Source: Camelus dromedarius
Lineage: Eukaryota
Length of the DNA stretch: 64,000 nucleotides
Direction of reading: 5' to 3'
Assembly: GCF_036321535.1 (NCBI RefSeq)
Contig: NC_087436.1
Span: forward strand, 99,884,001-99,948,000
Part shown: in pieces, positions 14,010-26,786 of the stretch
How the letters are laid out: each line of letters starts with the position of its first letter
Numbering within the stretch: the first letter of the stretch is position 1
Notes under the pieces: generated by a model
Database searches by the model: none
Told to the model about the DNA's origin: nothing
The model's input: only the letters and a program-made list of their open reading frames with translations
Translations under genes and position numbers: made by a program

Positions 14010-14138
14010 TACTGATTCTCAAAGTTTATTCAACATACATATTTATAACCTAGTTATCTTTTTTAAATTGTTCTGATTTAGTAAGTCCTGTCTGGGATCT
14101 AATATTCTGAATTTTTAATGAATTCTCACGTGAAGTCC
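14010..14138. mobile_element. MER5-type hAT-Charlie fragment
   Basis: GATTCTCAAAG...TTCTGATTTAGTAAGTC...ATTCTGAATTTTTAATGAATTCTCA motifs. Confidence 0.5.
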
Positions 14139-14139
14139 A

Positions 14140-15135
14140 GTATCATCCTCACATTGCTACAGTGCTATATTCACAGGTTTTAGCTACCATAGTTTAGTTA
14201 AGTAACACCGGTCCCCAGTAACATGGTTCATATTTCACTTACCATGGTGTATTATTGGTCAGTAATTATATAAAGTATAAACTTTGCTATGTCAGTCTAC
14301 AAATGAATCACTAACTACATAAATAATAGATGTACACTATGGTCAGTAACAAATCATGTCACTCCTTTCAAGTCTGTCAAAGATTGCTCCTTATTCAGCC
14401 ATTATTCAGTTCATGCACAGACAAGAAGTGTGTAGTTTTGCTGGTTTCTTACTTGACAATGTAAATACATTACAAAATAGATAATTCAAGTGGTAATTGA
14501 CAAAGTTGAAACTGTGGTCAAGAAAAGAAAAGTGATAACATGAATGAGAAATTATAATTAAAACATAAATGGAGTTATAGAGAAAATACCTGACCTTGGA
14601 AATGTTGATAGGGTTGCCTTTCTAGAGACCCTAGAGGAACATAGTGAAAGTAGACTTACCAACAAAAATGAGGAAAGTGATTGCAACAAAAAAGATGAAG
14701 ATGCACTAGAGAAAGTGACGCCAGCAAACTATTTTACATCAAAGTGTCAGAGATACTTCACGACATTGAAAGTACAAAGGATTATAATATGGGTAGCCAA
14801 TCCACATTTAGAAAGGAGTAAGACAATCTGCTGAGTCATTGGAAAGATGGTCACTCCATGTTAAAAGTTACATGGTAAAAAGAAGGCAAGCATTGTTCAA
14901 ATAATTCTTGATGTATATATTTTTAAGTAAGTAACTTTAATGTTTTAGATAACCGTGTATCAAATAAATATTAATTCTATTTTTCATTTTCTTTTACACT
15001 TATTATTATTTTGAAAATTTTAATGGATTATGGAACAATTATAATTTTTCACACTGATTAATTAGATCATTTTCCATAATTTTAGCTTTCACAGTCATTT
15101 TTAGAGTCCCATACTACTATGCAAAACAACTGCAT
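14140..15135 (+). mobile_element. Tigger6a-like TcMar-Tigger non-autonomous element, near full length
   Basis: TTTAGTTAAGTAACACCGGTCCCC and TTATTCAGTTCATGCACAGACA motifs, an acidic transposase C-terminal remnant (GAGGAAAGTGATTGCAACAAAAAAGATGAAGATG), and a decayed TIR (TGCAAAACAACTGCA) followed by TA. Confidence 0.75.
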
Positions 15136-15889
15136 ATTGATTAATTCTGAGACTGTCTTTAGCACCAAACTTCTATTTGTTTCCATTCTGTATATTTTGT
15201 TATGTGTAAATATTTTAATTGATTATGAGATCATATGTTTAGACATGTAGCTTTATTTTCAAACTTCAGATAATGCAATGAACTGTGTTTCCAGATTTCT
15301 GATTTTATTTTTATTCTAGCTCATTCGTTTTGTTCTATTCATTGATTCTACTGTGATGCTAATTCTAAGAGAGTTTATGCAGGTTTCTAGTATAATTTGT
15401 ATAGCTTAAGTAATGTTCACGGATGTTTAATTAGTTTCTGCAGAATCACATACTTATTAAAAAATATTAGAGAGTTGCTTACAAATCCCTTAGAATATTC
15501 AAATAATAAGTTAGAATTTGGAAGAGTCTGAACATTTATAAAGTCCAAATAGAAATCTAAGATGTAAAAATGAACATATGTTTTAAGCATATTGCACCTA
15601 TCTAACTGTATGCATTTGTTAGCCTAAATTGTTTTCAGGGAAGATGGTGCATTTTGTAAAAAATATGACTAGAAATTCTTGTATGGACAATTCAGACAAA
15701 AATAAAACATAGCCCAAGACTTTAAAAAACCAAATATGCATTGTGATAAGAATAAGAATTGCCCAAACATTCCATATCTTCTAGCTTCCCTGTAGGGAAT
15801 CACTAGTCAATGTTTTATAGCAAAAAACCTAACAATTTAATTAATTTCTATTTTAGATAATTCTTCTACTCTTTCTTTCCACTAGGGTG

Positions 15890-18783
15890 TTCTTTTTAAA
15901 ACTATATAACAGCTATATTGAGATATAATTTATGTATCATACAAGTCACCAATTTAAAGTTTATCATCAAATTGTTTTCCAGAATTAAAACAATCACCTT
16001 AATAAATTTTAGAACATGTTCATCACTCCATACAAAAACACATATCCTTAGCAGTCATTCTCCATTTACCACCAACTCCTCAAGGCATAATAATTTTTTA
16101 TTTCTATGAATTTTCCTATTCTGGATATTAAAAGAAGATGTAAATTGTAAAAAGAATTGGACAATATGTGATGTTTGTGGCTGGCTTATTTCAGTTAGAG
16201 TGTTTCCAAGGTTCATCCATGTTATATCATCAGTACTTCATTCCTTTACACTGATTAATAATATTCCATTTTATGGATATACCATATATTCATCAATTCA
16301 TCAGCTGATAGACATTTAAGTGGTTTCCACTTTGGAACTATTATGAATAGTGTCACAAACATTCATGTAGAAGTTATTGTGTGGATTTATGCCTTCATTA
16401 CTCTTAGGTATATACCTAGGATGAGATTGCTGGGACATATGGAAACTATATTTTTAAACTTGGAGGAAATGCCAGACTATTTTCCAAGGAAAAGGGAGCA
16501 ATTTGTGTGCAACAGTATATGAGTGTTCCAGTTTCTCCACACCCTCACATTTGTAAGTAGATTTTTAAAAAACTTAAAAAAATTATGGTCATCCTAGTGG
16601 GTATGATGCAAGCCCTCATTGTGTTCATTACTTACATTCCATTTTTGGCTAACAATGTTGACCAACTTTTACTATGGCCATTTGTATTTCTGAGAAATGT
16701 TCATTCAGATACTTTGCTCAACTTTATTTGGAATATTTATCATTTTATTATTGAATTTTAAGTGTTCTTTTTATAGTCTAAATATAATGTTATCAGAGAT
16801 ATAATTTGTAAATATTTTTTCCATTCTGTGCATTGGCGTTAAACTTTTTTGATGGTACCTTTTTGAATTTTAATTATTCTTCTTTTGTCATTTGCAATTT
16901 TGGTTATATGTATATAAGAAATCATTGACCTAACCCTAGGGCACAAAAATTTACCTGTATTTTCTTCTCAGAGTTTTTAAGTTTGAACTCTTACATTTAG
17001 GACTATGATAAATTTCATTTAAATTTCATGTATGGTATGAGGAAGGCATCTAGTTTAATGGATTTAATTAATTACTTAATGTGGCTGTTGGATGTATATA
17101 TCCAGTTGTCCTGGCATCATTTGTTTAAAGAGCTATTAATCTTTTTCCTCCCATTTAATTGTCTTACCACCTTTGTCAAAAGTCCATTGACCATAAACAT
17201 GAGGTTTATTTCATGATTATCAATTCTAATCTACTAATCTATATGACTATACTTAAACTAGTATCATTCTTTACTTACTATAGCTTGAAGTAAATTTTGA
17301 AATTGGGAAATGGAAGTATCCTAATCATTGTTTTTTACAAGATATTTTAGCTAATAAGGATCCATTTAATTTTCATATTAATTTTAGGATCAGCTTGTCA
17401 AATATACAAAGGAGCCATGTGACATTTTCATAGAGGTTGGATTAAGCCTTCAGATCGATTTATGGAATATTGTCTTCTTACTATTATAAGCCTTCTGATC
17501 CATAAACAGAGGTTGTCTTCTCCATTTATTTAGGTCTTTAGTTTCTTTCAGCAATCTTTTATAAATTTTAGAGTATAAGTTTTGCAATTATTTGTTCAAT
17601 ATGTTACTAAGTATTTTATTCTTTTTGATGCCATAATAAATTGAATAGTTTTTTTAAATATAGTTTTCAGATTTTCAATGCTAGTGTGAAATAAAATTCA
17701 ATCTTGTCTGTTAATCTTGTGTCCTACTATCTTATAGAACTAGTTTATTAGTTCTAATAGTTTTATGTGGCTTCATTCAGATTTTTTATCGTAAACTCAT
17801 ATCATCTGCAAGTAGAGATGGTTTCACCTCTTCCTTTCCAAACTAGATGCTTAATTTTTTTTTATCTTGTCTCATTTCTCTGGTTAGACTCTTCAGTAAA
17901 ATGTTGCATGAAAGGGGTAGAGCATAAAATTTTGTATTGTTTCTGCTCGTAAGGGGAAAGCATTCTGTCTTTGACCATTAAGTATGATGTTAGCTGTGAA
18001 CTTTTCTTAGATACCCTTTATCAGTTGAGGAGATCTCCTATTCCTAGCTTGCTGAGGTTTTTTGGTTTTTGTTTTTTTGGTTTTTTCCGTGAAAGCGTGT
18101 TGGATATATCAAATGCTTTTTCTATGTCTATTTAGATGATCATATGATTTTCTCTTTTATTCTATTGATGTGGTGTATTATAATAATTAATATTCAGATT
18201 TTAAACCCTACATTGCATTCCTGAGATAAATCCTATTTGGCCTTGATGTGTAAACCTTTTAATATATTGCTGGATTTGGTTTGCAAGTATTTTGTGGAGG
18301 ATTTTTGTAACTACATTTATAACAAATATTGTTCTTTAGTTTTATTTTTTGTATATATCTTTGTCTAGTTTTGGTATCAAGGTAATACTGACCTCATAGA
18401 ATAAGTAAGAAAATATTCTCTTCTCTTTTTCATTTTTAAGGGTTTGTGAAAAATTGAATTAATTTTTTTAATGTTTGGTTGAATTCACCAGTGAAGTTTC
18501 CTGGGCCTGAGCTTTCCTTTGGGAGAAATTTTTAATTAATAATTCAATTTATTTTATTGTTCTAGGTCTATTCAGATACTCTATTTCTTCTTGAGTAACT
18601 TTTGGCTGCTCGTAATTTTCTAGGAATTTGTCCATTTTATCTGTTATGTAATTTTGTAATATAGAGTTCTCCATAGTATTCCTTTAAAATACTTTTTACC
18701 TCGTAAAATTGTTAAGAATGTATCCTCTTTCATTCCTGATTATGGCAGTATGAATCTTTTATCTTTTTTCTTGGGCAGACTAG
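15890..18783 (-). mobile_element. L1 (L1MB-type) 3' UTR plus ORF2 3' portion, decayed
   Basis: About 2.9 kb of continuous antisense L1 motifs: TTGAGATATAATTT, GGTTCATCCATGTT, GGTTTCCACTTTGG, GAATTCACCAGTGAAG, TTTTGGTATCAAGGTAATACTGACCTCATAG. Confidence 0.92.
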
Positions 18784-19700
18784 CGTTGATGTCTGCACAT
18801 CGGATGGAGCAGTCAGTTACATTGCCCGAACTCTGGGAACTGGTATTGATGGGATAGACTTTACTTGCAGATGGGCATGAGGGGGCCAGTTGGTTGGGCC
18901 GTGGCAGTTTCAGCTCCAGGAGAGGCTCAGCTGCATAGTCTCCATGCAGCTCAGTCAGCTGAGGCCAGCCTTGGGGAAGACTGCAGGGATCCTCAAGGAG
19001 CAAAGGCTGCAAGTGTCTAGTAAGTGCTCTTGGGGTCTTTGATGGTGAAGGTTGCTGGGGGCCACTGATCTCTTTTTCTCCATGGAGGATCATGTGGCTG
19101 AAGGGATCCCTGCTGCCACCGTGTCCAGCTGTGGGCACCCTGCAGCGACGGTGGCACAGATGTCTGATGTGCAGTTGCCTGTGGAACAGCCATGGAGGCA
19201 GATTCAGACTTTGGGCACTCCTGCAATGAGATATGACACTGAGGCCCGGGACACTGGCTAGCCCGTGAAGGCAGTAGCTCCAGTGCTGGGTTTTAGGAGC
19301 ATGTGAAGCAGCCATGGAGACAGGGATGGGGTCTAGGTTCTGGAATGTGCCTGGAGTGGCCTCAGAGCCAGGCTTTCAAGTGCAAATGCCCCCAGATCAA
19401 CCATGACTCCCGGTTCCAGGGCATGTGTGGGGTTGGAGGAGGCTACTAGCCTTTGTTCCGTGATGGTTCAGCAGCAGCTTCTTGGGGGACTAGGGAGGTG
19501 GAGGAGTGCATCAGCGCCTCCCTCTCTGAAGGGCACGTAGAGGTGATGGCTATTCGGTACCACCGTGGCAGAAACTGCTGGTTTCCTCCGTAGAGCAGAC
19601 TGCTGGGGTCTGTGCAAACACTACTGGGTCCTTCAATGTGAATGTCGCAGGGAGTCTGCCAATGTCATGGGGGCTGTTGAGGTCCTCAACAGCAAAGTCT
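18784..19700 (-). mobile_element. L1 5' UTR / ORF1-start segment (L1M2/L1MA-like 5' end)
   Basis: Abrupt GC-rich block beginning GTTGATGTCTGCACATCGGATGGAGCAGTCA, which resembles the antisense ORF1-proximal end of old L1 5' regions. Contains degenerate internal repeats (GCTGGGGTC.../GGTCCTCAACAGCAAAG). Confidence 0.6.
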
Positions 19701-19744
19701 TCCCTTATAGCTCTAAGAATAGCAAAATATTCATTTTTGTTTAA

Positions 19745-19890
19745 AAAGAGTGAGTGAGAAGAGGTTATTTAGACTTTAGAGAGCTAAAAGGGATGCTAAC
19801 AAATCTGGGTGTCAGGTTAAATGTCATGAAGGAGCCATTGGCAGGTTACGAGCAGGGGATAATGCTAACTGATGTAGAAAGATGATGGCA
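19745..19890 (-). mobile_element. LINE-2 fragment
   Basis: GAAGGAGCCATTGGCAGGTTACGAGCAGGGGATAATG resembles antisense L2. Confidence 0.5.
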
Positions 19891-19984
19891 TTGACATATT
19901 TAGATTATTAAATATCTCTTTGAATTTCGACAGAGATACAGCACTGATAAAGTGCAAGGCAAGTGAAAACAACATTTGCCTTGC

Positions 19985-20545
19985 TAAATGTAAATTAGTG
20001 CAGCCACTATGGAAAGCAGTATGGAGTTTCCTCAAAAGAATTAAAAATAGAGATACCATATGATCCAGCAATCCCACGTCTGGGTATTTTTCTGAAGAAA
20101 ACAGAAACTTTAATTTGTAAAGATATATACACCCCTGTGTTCACTGCAGCATTAGTAAGACAGAGAAAGACAGATACCATATGATTTCACTTATATGTGG
20201 AATCTAAAAAACAAAATAAAGGAACAAACAACAAAACAGAACAGACTCATAGATACAGAGAAAAAGCTGGTGTTTGCCAAGGGGAGAGAGGTAGGAGGGA
20301 TAAGTGAAATAGGTAGAAAGATTAAGAGGTACAAACTTCTAGTTACAAAATAAATATGAGTCATGGGGATTAAATATCCAACATGGGGAATACAGTCAAT
20401 TATGTTGTAATATGTTTGTATGGTGACAGATGGCAACAAGACATATCATGGTAATCATTTTGTAATGTACAGAAATACCAAATCACTATATTGTGCATCT
20501 GGAACTAACATAGTGTTCAGGGCAATTATATTTCAATTAAAATAT
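19985..20545 (+). mobile_element. L1 3' end (L1MA-type) with an internal deletion near 20155
   Basis: AATGTAAATTAGTGCAGCCACTATGGAAAGCAGTATGGAG, CCATATGATCCAGCAATCCCAC and CATATGATTTCACTTATATGTGGAATCTA motifs. Ends TTTCAATTAAAA. Confidence 0.9.
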
Positions 20546-22302
20546 ATATAGACACTGGGAGGAAAAGCCTGAAAATGCTAATGGTGGTTATCTCTGAGGA
20601 GTGGGGAATATGAGTGACTGATATTTTCTACTTTATGCTTTTACATATTTCTTATTGTCTGCAGTGAACATGTGTTGCTCATAAAATTAGAAAGAAAAAA
20701 ATAAATGACATTAAAAGTGGAAAAAAACCCAAACACTGTGCAAAGGTCTTTGTCAGAAAAGAATGTGGTATTTCTACCTAGCAAGCTCTTGAGGAAATCA
20801 TTATTAGAAGTCAGAAATACCTTATTTGCTTTTTCCTAGCTTTTCCACTTGAAGACTTTCTTATTTCCTGCTTTTTACCTACATTCCCCCTTCTGTTGTT
20901 ATTTTTGAGCTTTCTTAATTTCTGCCACTTGACTGTTGTTTCTGTCTTTATTTGTTGCCATTACTCTTTATATGATTAATGATGCACAAAAAGATGACTT
21001 ACTCTTTTCCCCAACATCTTTCTCCCCTCACCCTTCCCACTCCGTCCTAACTGCCTACCATAAAATCTCCCCAGTTTCTTATATTGAAAGACATATAGCA
21101 GTGTCTTGAATATACACAGCAGTGGATTTAAATGACTATTCTCTTTTCATTTTTTAATGTCACATATATTGTATTCCAGAAGTTTTATGAAAAATCAGGC
21201 TCAGAAAATTTCAGAGGTCATAGTATAAAAACACAAACAGGTAAACAAACTAATACACACAACTGTAGGGTCTAACATTTTAAAAAGAAAATGCACTCCT
21301 AACATATGAGTTTGATGTCAGTATCATTTTGTGGTTGAGCTTTGATGCTGTTTAATAAATAGGCTTTTGTTCCACTCAAATCATATTAAATATTGAAACT
21401 AACTAATGTACACCATATGTGAAATAAATATATTTTTGTTTTACCTTATCAGCTTACCCATGAAAGATATTGTAGGACAAAATTTAAAATCCACAGGATG
21501 GAACTGGAATTTTAAAAGCATAACCTATTAATTGTGACCAGCTCTCCCTTTCTTAATAGCTATCACATCCTAAAGTCAACATATTAAGGTCATAAAATAA
21601 AATTTTAAAAGGTAAGCCACATTAGTGAAAAATGTATATTGAGCCAAATATTCCCTGGAGACAAGAGATTTGGAAAAATTTGAAAATATTAACTCACTCA
21701 GGTTGTGAGTAGTAAATTACTTCTGCATAGAAATACATTGGCCTGAATATGCTAGCATATGCTCCACAAATGTAAAATGTGCCTTCAGGAAAGAATTAAG
21801 TTTTTGGTGCCTCAGATTAACTCTGTATTTTTTGCAATGTGAAATTAGCCATTTTCAGAAATATGAAAAAAATTATAATTCCATTTTATAAATGTTCAGA
21901 GAAGTGAAGGGATTTTCCCAGAGAAAGAAGGTTAATAAAAGTGCATCTCTCTTGCTCATAATCACTCCAGCATATTATTTCTAATGTGATTGTTTAATTT
22001 TAGCCAATTATAAGGTTAAATGGAATGAAAAAGCAGACCATTGCTTATGGATTTTTTGAGATATGGATTTTTCCTATAAAAGTATATGTAGGCCATTATA
22101 CAAAATATGTCTTGAAATTTTATGGAATTTATAGACTTCCTAAAACACACGAAAGGGTCCCCATGCTCTCTGGGGACCCTCTAACAGAGATCTGTTATTT
22201 GAATCGCAGAACCTCATAGGCTACTCTTTGGTTTTAACTCACCAAGTTACACAGAGGGATGACATTATAAACAGCACCTCCAAATTTGTTATTGAACTGA
22301 GC

Positions 22303-22440
22303 AGCTAATATTTATTTATGTTTGTAGGGTGCCCAGTATTGCAAGTGCCATGCATGTGTTAACTCATCTAATGTTCTCAGCAATCTATAAAGTAGTTTGT
22401 TTCTATAACCCACGTTTTACAGAGGAAGAAACTGGCTGGG
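22303..22440 (-). mobile_element. MIR SINE
   Basis: TTAACTCATCTAATGTTCTCAGCAATC...CCCACGTTTTACAGAGGAAGAAACTG. Confidence 0.8.
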
Positions 22441-23277
22441 CACTAAGTCTGGTGTGGGGAGGGTGGCTTTCCCCATGAGTCCTGCTAGAGAATGCCTTTG
22501 TTAGGCCTGCCGTCCAGCCTGGAAAATAAAGACTTAGATTTTTAACCAGGGGCTGAATTCCTCAAGAACACTGGCCTACAAATTCATTCTGAGAAGATGT
22601 GAATAATCCTAAATACAATCTAGCACATCTCCTGGTGCTTAACAGTTATATAGTGACTATTTCCTGAAAAAATTAGTATTTTTAAAATTTTTAATCAAAT
22701 CTTTAATTTTTCTTCATGGCAGCTTAAAGAACATTAACCCGGCAGTGTGGTTCTGGCAAAATGTAGCACAAGAGTAGAAATGAGGAATTCAGTTTTATTT
22801 TGTCACCAGAGAATGCTGTTGTTCTCCTTCGTGGTTTAGTTTACTTAAATACTATTTATAGTTTACTAAAGCTGCACTTTTATTTTTTTTTCAGTTCTGT
22901 AGGTAGTAGTTGTTAGTCTCTTATTCTCTCTTCCCTGTGAATGCCATGTTATAAGGTAAATTGGTGCATTGGAATTCTCCGGAAACTATTTCAATATTCA
23001 CAAGAACTTGTCAATCTTAATGTCATGCAAAAGTAGGGAGGCCTAGTATTAGGTAATGTTAACGAAAATAAAGAATAACAAAATCTCATAAACAGTTTAG
23101 TACTTGCCTAATATTAACATACTAAATACATTACAAATATTTCCTATATGTAAATTTTCATCTTTATTCTGTTAATCCATTGACTTGTTAGACATTGTCT
23201 GTTGTAGTAGTTTGTGTTGGTTATCTTAAGAGCTTAATTTTTATATGTCAAGGTTCCAGCAGATGACAGATGACACA

Positions 23278-23970
23278 CACAAAGTGTTCTCTTTCCTCCA
23301 CATCTTTACCAACACTTGTTAGCTCTTGTCTTTTTTACAGTAGCCACTCCAAGGGGTGTGAGATGACATTCATTGTGATTTTGACCTGCATTTCCCTTAA
23401 GCACCTTTTTATGTACCTGTTGACCTTTTTGTATGTTGTCTTTAGAAAATATCTATTCAGTTCCTTTGCCCATTTTTTTTTCATCAGATTGGTGTTTTTT
23501 GTTATTGAGGACTGTGAGTTCATTATATATTTCGAATATTAACCCTGAATCAGATGACTTGCAAATATTTTCTCCCATTCCATAGGCTGCCTTTTCATTT
23601 ATGATTTCCTGTGCTGTGTAGAAGTTCTATAGTTTCCTGTAGTCCCAATTATTAACTTTTTTTTTTGCTTTTGTTACTTTTGTTTTGGTGTCAAATCCAA
23701 AAAATCATCAGCAAGACTGATTTCAAAGGTCTTCCCTCTATGTTTTCTTATAGGAGATTTGTGATATCAGGTCTTACATTCAAGACTTTAACCCATTTTG
23801 AGTTGATTTTTGTGTATCATCTAAGATAGTGATTCAGTTTCATTCTTTTGCATGTGGCTGTCCACTTTTCCCAGCACCGTTATTGAAGAGACTGTCCTTT
23901 CCCCTTCGTACATTCTTGGCTTCTGTGTCATAGATTAGTTGTCTATATACGCAGAGATTTATTTATGGGT
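23278..23970 (-). mobile_element. L1 ORF2 C-terminal fragment
   Basis: The minus-strand ORF 23335-23523 (KKWAKELNRYF...REMQVKITM...HP) matches the L1 ORF2p C-terminus. Confidence 0.9.
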
Positions 23971-25420
23971 CATATGCCACTCATCTCATGTTCCCCTTAG
24001 CTTGACTAGAGTTATTCTGATATGGTGAATAAATGCCTTCTTCCTTCAGGATCTGACTCCTTGGTGGTACTGTCTCTATTAGCTGAAAGCTGTTTTCCAC
24101 TATTGAAGATTATTAAGCAGAGGTACTAAGGAATGCCCCAGTGAATTCCCTAGGGTCTACACAGTCCTTTTTGATCCCACTGAGTAGCAATAAACAAATT
24201 TCCCCTTGACAAGCAGAATATACCACATTAGACATTGTAGTGTTCCTCTCTGTTGTCTATTGGTTTAGCAGCATTAAGAGACCAAGCTGACCAGGAGTAG
24301 TTTCAGCTTTCATATGTATGAAATCGTAGCTGTATCTCCTGGTGGAAGCATTCCTCTCTTGGGCTCTGTGATCTCCATACGCGTGAGCCCAGAGTCATGA
24401 GGAAGGAAGTGAAAATTTCTTCCCTGCTTATACATGCAATTATGAGAGTTATCGCTTATAACTTGACCTAGATCCTGAAAAAACCCTGTATAGCTGGTTA
24501 TGGGGACAAAGCCTCAAATGTTGGCTGCTATTTTAAGGGATGTGTCACCTGCTGGAGAAATGCTCCCCTACCTCAAAGATGATATTTCCCATGATTTATT
24601 CTTTGGTAACTCATTCAACCATTCTATGTAGCCAAATGTTTCTAGGTGATAGAACAAATTATATTACCAGTGATTTCATGGGATTTATTTTATAGTGTAG
24701 GACATGTGAATCATTCCAGTGTACAGAAGTGATACTGTGTAGGATGCCAGGCAGTGGATAATCTTCAGATTCTTAAATAATGGTGCTGAGCAGAGAGAGC
24801 AAGTTTATAACTGGAATACGTATCTATCCTTGTAGGGAAAAATTGTGCCCTGTCCTCCCCTCCAATAAAGAGTATACACCTTAGTAAACCTGTTACCTGC
24901 TAGCAGGTCTTCCAGAGAATTACACCATTTTAGGGCTCAAGACTAGCCTTTGGTATCAGCATGCATTCTTCTCAGTAGTGATAGTAGCCGGACTAACCTT
25001 GGTGAGAGAAATTTCATATTCTTGAATATGTGCTTAGCCTCATTCTCTGCCACCATGAACACACTGTACATGAATCTGTTAAGCAGACACAGACATGGCT
25101 GAAAAAAACTAACATCTGAAGAACTATCTCCAGTAGTTTATTATGTCCCCCATTAGAGTGATACCTTCTACTGGGCATGTATGAGAGATATAAATATTTT
25201 TACACCCTGACCCATTCTGAGAGATCCATCCATGTGTATTCCCCGTGTCACTAATATTCCTTTCTTGCCCTTATTGAGTTCCTGCTCAGCAAGTCGACCA
25301 GTTATCCATGGCATATGAATCTGTAGATTTCAACCTCAGTCCTCAGTTCTCTTTTTCACACAAAGTAGACATCCATATATAACACGAGGCTCTCTGCATA
25401 CTAAGAAAATTTACCCTCAA
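23970..25420 (-). mobile_element. ERVL (class III) internal pol fragment, decayed
   Basis: Minus-strand translation near 24965-25057 gives HGGRE*G*AHIQEYEISLTKVSPATITTE, resembling the ERV-L integrase N-terminus (HGGRDGGYAWAQQHGLPLTKADLATATAEC, as recalled). Confidence 0.75.
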
Positions 25421-26280
25421 TGAAAATAATGTACAGATTCCTGTGGGGTAAAGATTAGTCAGTAGTTAGAGTCAAATTCATTGTTGAAATAATTACCTAA
25501 GCAAGAAATAAATACATATGGGAAGTCCAGCATTCTACTTTAGAAATTTGTAAAAGAACAGCAAAAGAAATACAAATAAAGAAGAAATAATAGAAAAGTA
25601 AACAAAGTGCAATTGTTGATAATATTTGCAAATGATGCATTATCTATAAAATGAAAGTGGATCAATGAAAAAACTATAGATCTGATGACAGAACTCTAAT
25701 TAGGAATGGTAAAAAATACACATGAGCACAAAGAACACCCACGCAAAACACACAGAAAACAAAGCTCTTTTATGCACCAATGATTTAGTATGCTGGTTAC
25801 TAAATGAATGACTTTTGGAGTTGAAAAGCCTGGCTTCATCCTCAGTACTGCTACTTTGGAGTATTTGTTATTTCATTATAAAAGAATAGATGAAATATGT
25901 GGAACAATCATTTTAAAATTACATGTATTAAAGTGCTTATTTACCATAAATGTATTAAGATCAAAAAAGATAATGTAAAGAAACAAAAAGATTTAAACTA
26001 TATCCTAAAGTATTCATGTTAATATTGTAACATATCAATTACCCTTAAATTTATGTGTGTTTAATACAATTCCACTCAAAATCCTCTTTTTTTCCCCTTA
26101 GGTTCCCTAAAAGATAAATAAATGGCTTATTTTATCTTGGAAAAATAAAGCTGTATTTCTACCAAACACAAATTCAAAGATAAATAATATTAAAATTAAA
26201 AAACTTGATACACATATGAATATCTGACATCTACATTCCGTAAGATATCAGATATTGTAAAGTATCACTATAAAAAAATA

Positions 26281-26497
26281 TAGTTAACCTTGAGCAACAT
26301 GCAGATTAGGGTGCCCATCCCCACACAATGGAAAATCCACATGTACCTCTGTAGTCATCCCTCCATGACTGCAATTCCACATCCCTGAATTCAACCAACT
26401 GCAGATCATGTAATACTGTAGTATGTATTTAGTGGAAAAAAATCTGCATATAAGTGGAACTGTACAGTTTAAACCCCTGTTGTTCAAGAATCAACTG
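26281..26497. mobile_element. Tigger2a-type MITE (Tigger2a_Art-like)
   Basis: TIRs TAGTTAACCTTGAGCAACA and TGTTGTTCAAGAATCAACTG, flanked by TA on both sides (26279-80, 26498-99). About 217 bp. Confidence 0.85.
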
Positions 26498-26583
26498 TAT
26501 ATGTAAAATTAAATTTTATAAGGTATGAATAATTTTACTACATAAAATTAAAATTTTTTTCTTATATTAAAAAATTAAAATCT

Positions 26584-26670
26584 TGGGAATAGGGAGGATA
26601 TAGCTCAGTGGTAGAGCACATGCTTAACATGCACAAAGTCCTGGGTTCAATCCTCAGTATCTCCATTTAA

Positions 26671-26721
<51 letters not shown>

Positions 26722-26786
26722 ACAAACCTAATATCCTCCCCAACAAAAACGACAACCAAAAAAGTAACAAAAATTTTTAAAAATCA
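26584..26786 (+). mobile_element. tRNA-derived SINE, Vic-1-like (camelid)
   Basis: A box TAGCTCAGTGG (26601-26611), B box GGTTCAATCC (26644-26653), A-rich tail, and a perfect 15-bp TSD AAAAAATTAAAATCT (26569-26583 and 26787-26801). Confidence 0.88.
26671..26722 (+). repeat. (TAAA)13 tetranucleotide microsatellite within the SINE
   Basis: 13 perfect copies counted directly. Confidence 0.97.

Noticed and set aside
18775..18795. Spliced-L1 explanation for the 5'UTR-ORF2 junction
   Set aside because: From recalled consensus, a GT-AG splice would give ATCAAC|CTAG, but the sequence has an extra G. It is not a clean splice product.
18740..19315. 191-aa minus-strand ORF
   Set aside because: It lies in a GC-rich L1 5'-like block where stops are rare, and it has no recognisable domain.
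26591..26665. tRNA-Ala-like gene
   Set aside because: The stems and anticodon region are degenerate, and it has an A-rich tail and a 15-bp TSD, so it is a SINE head.
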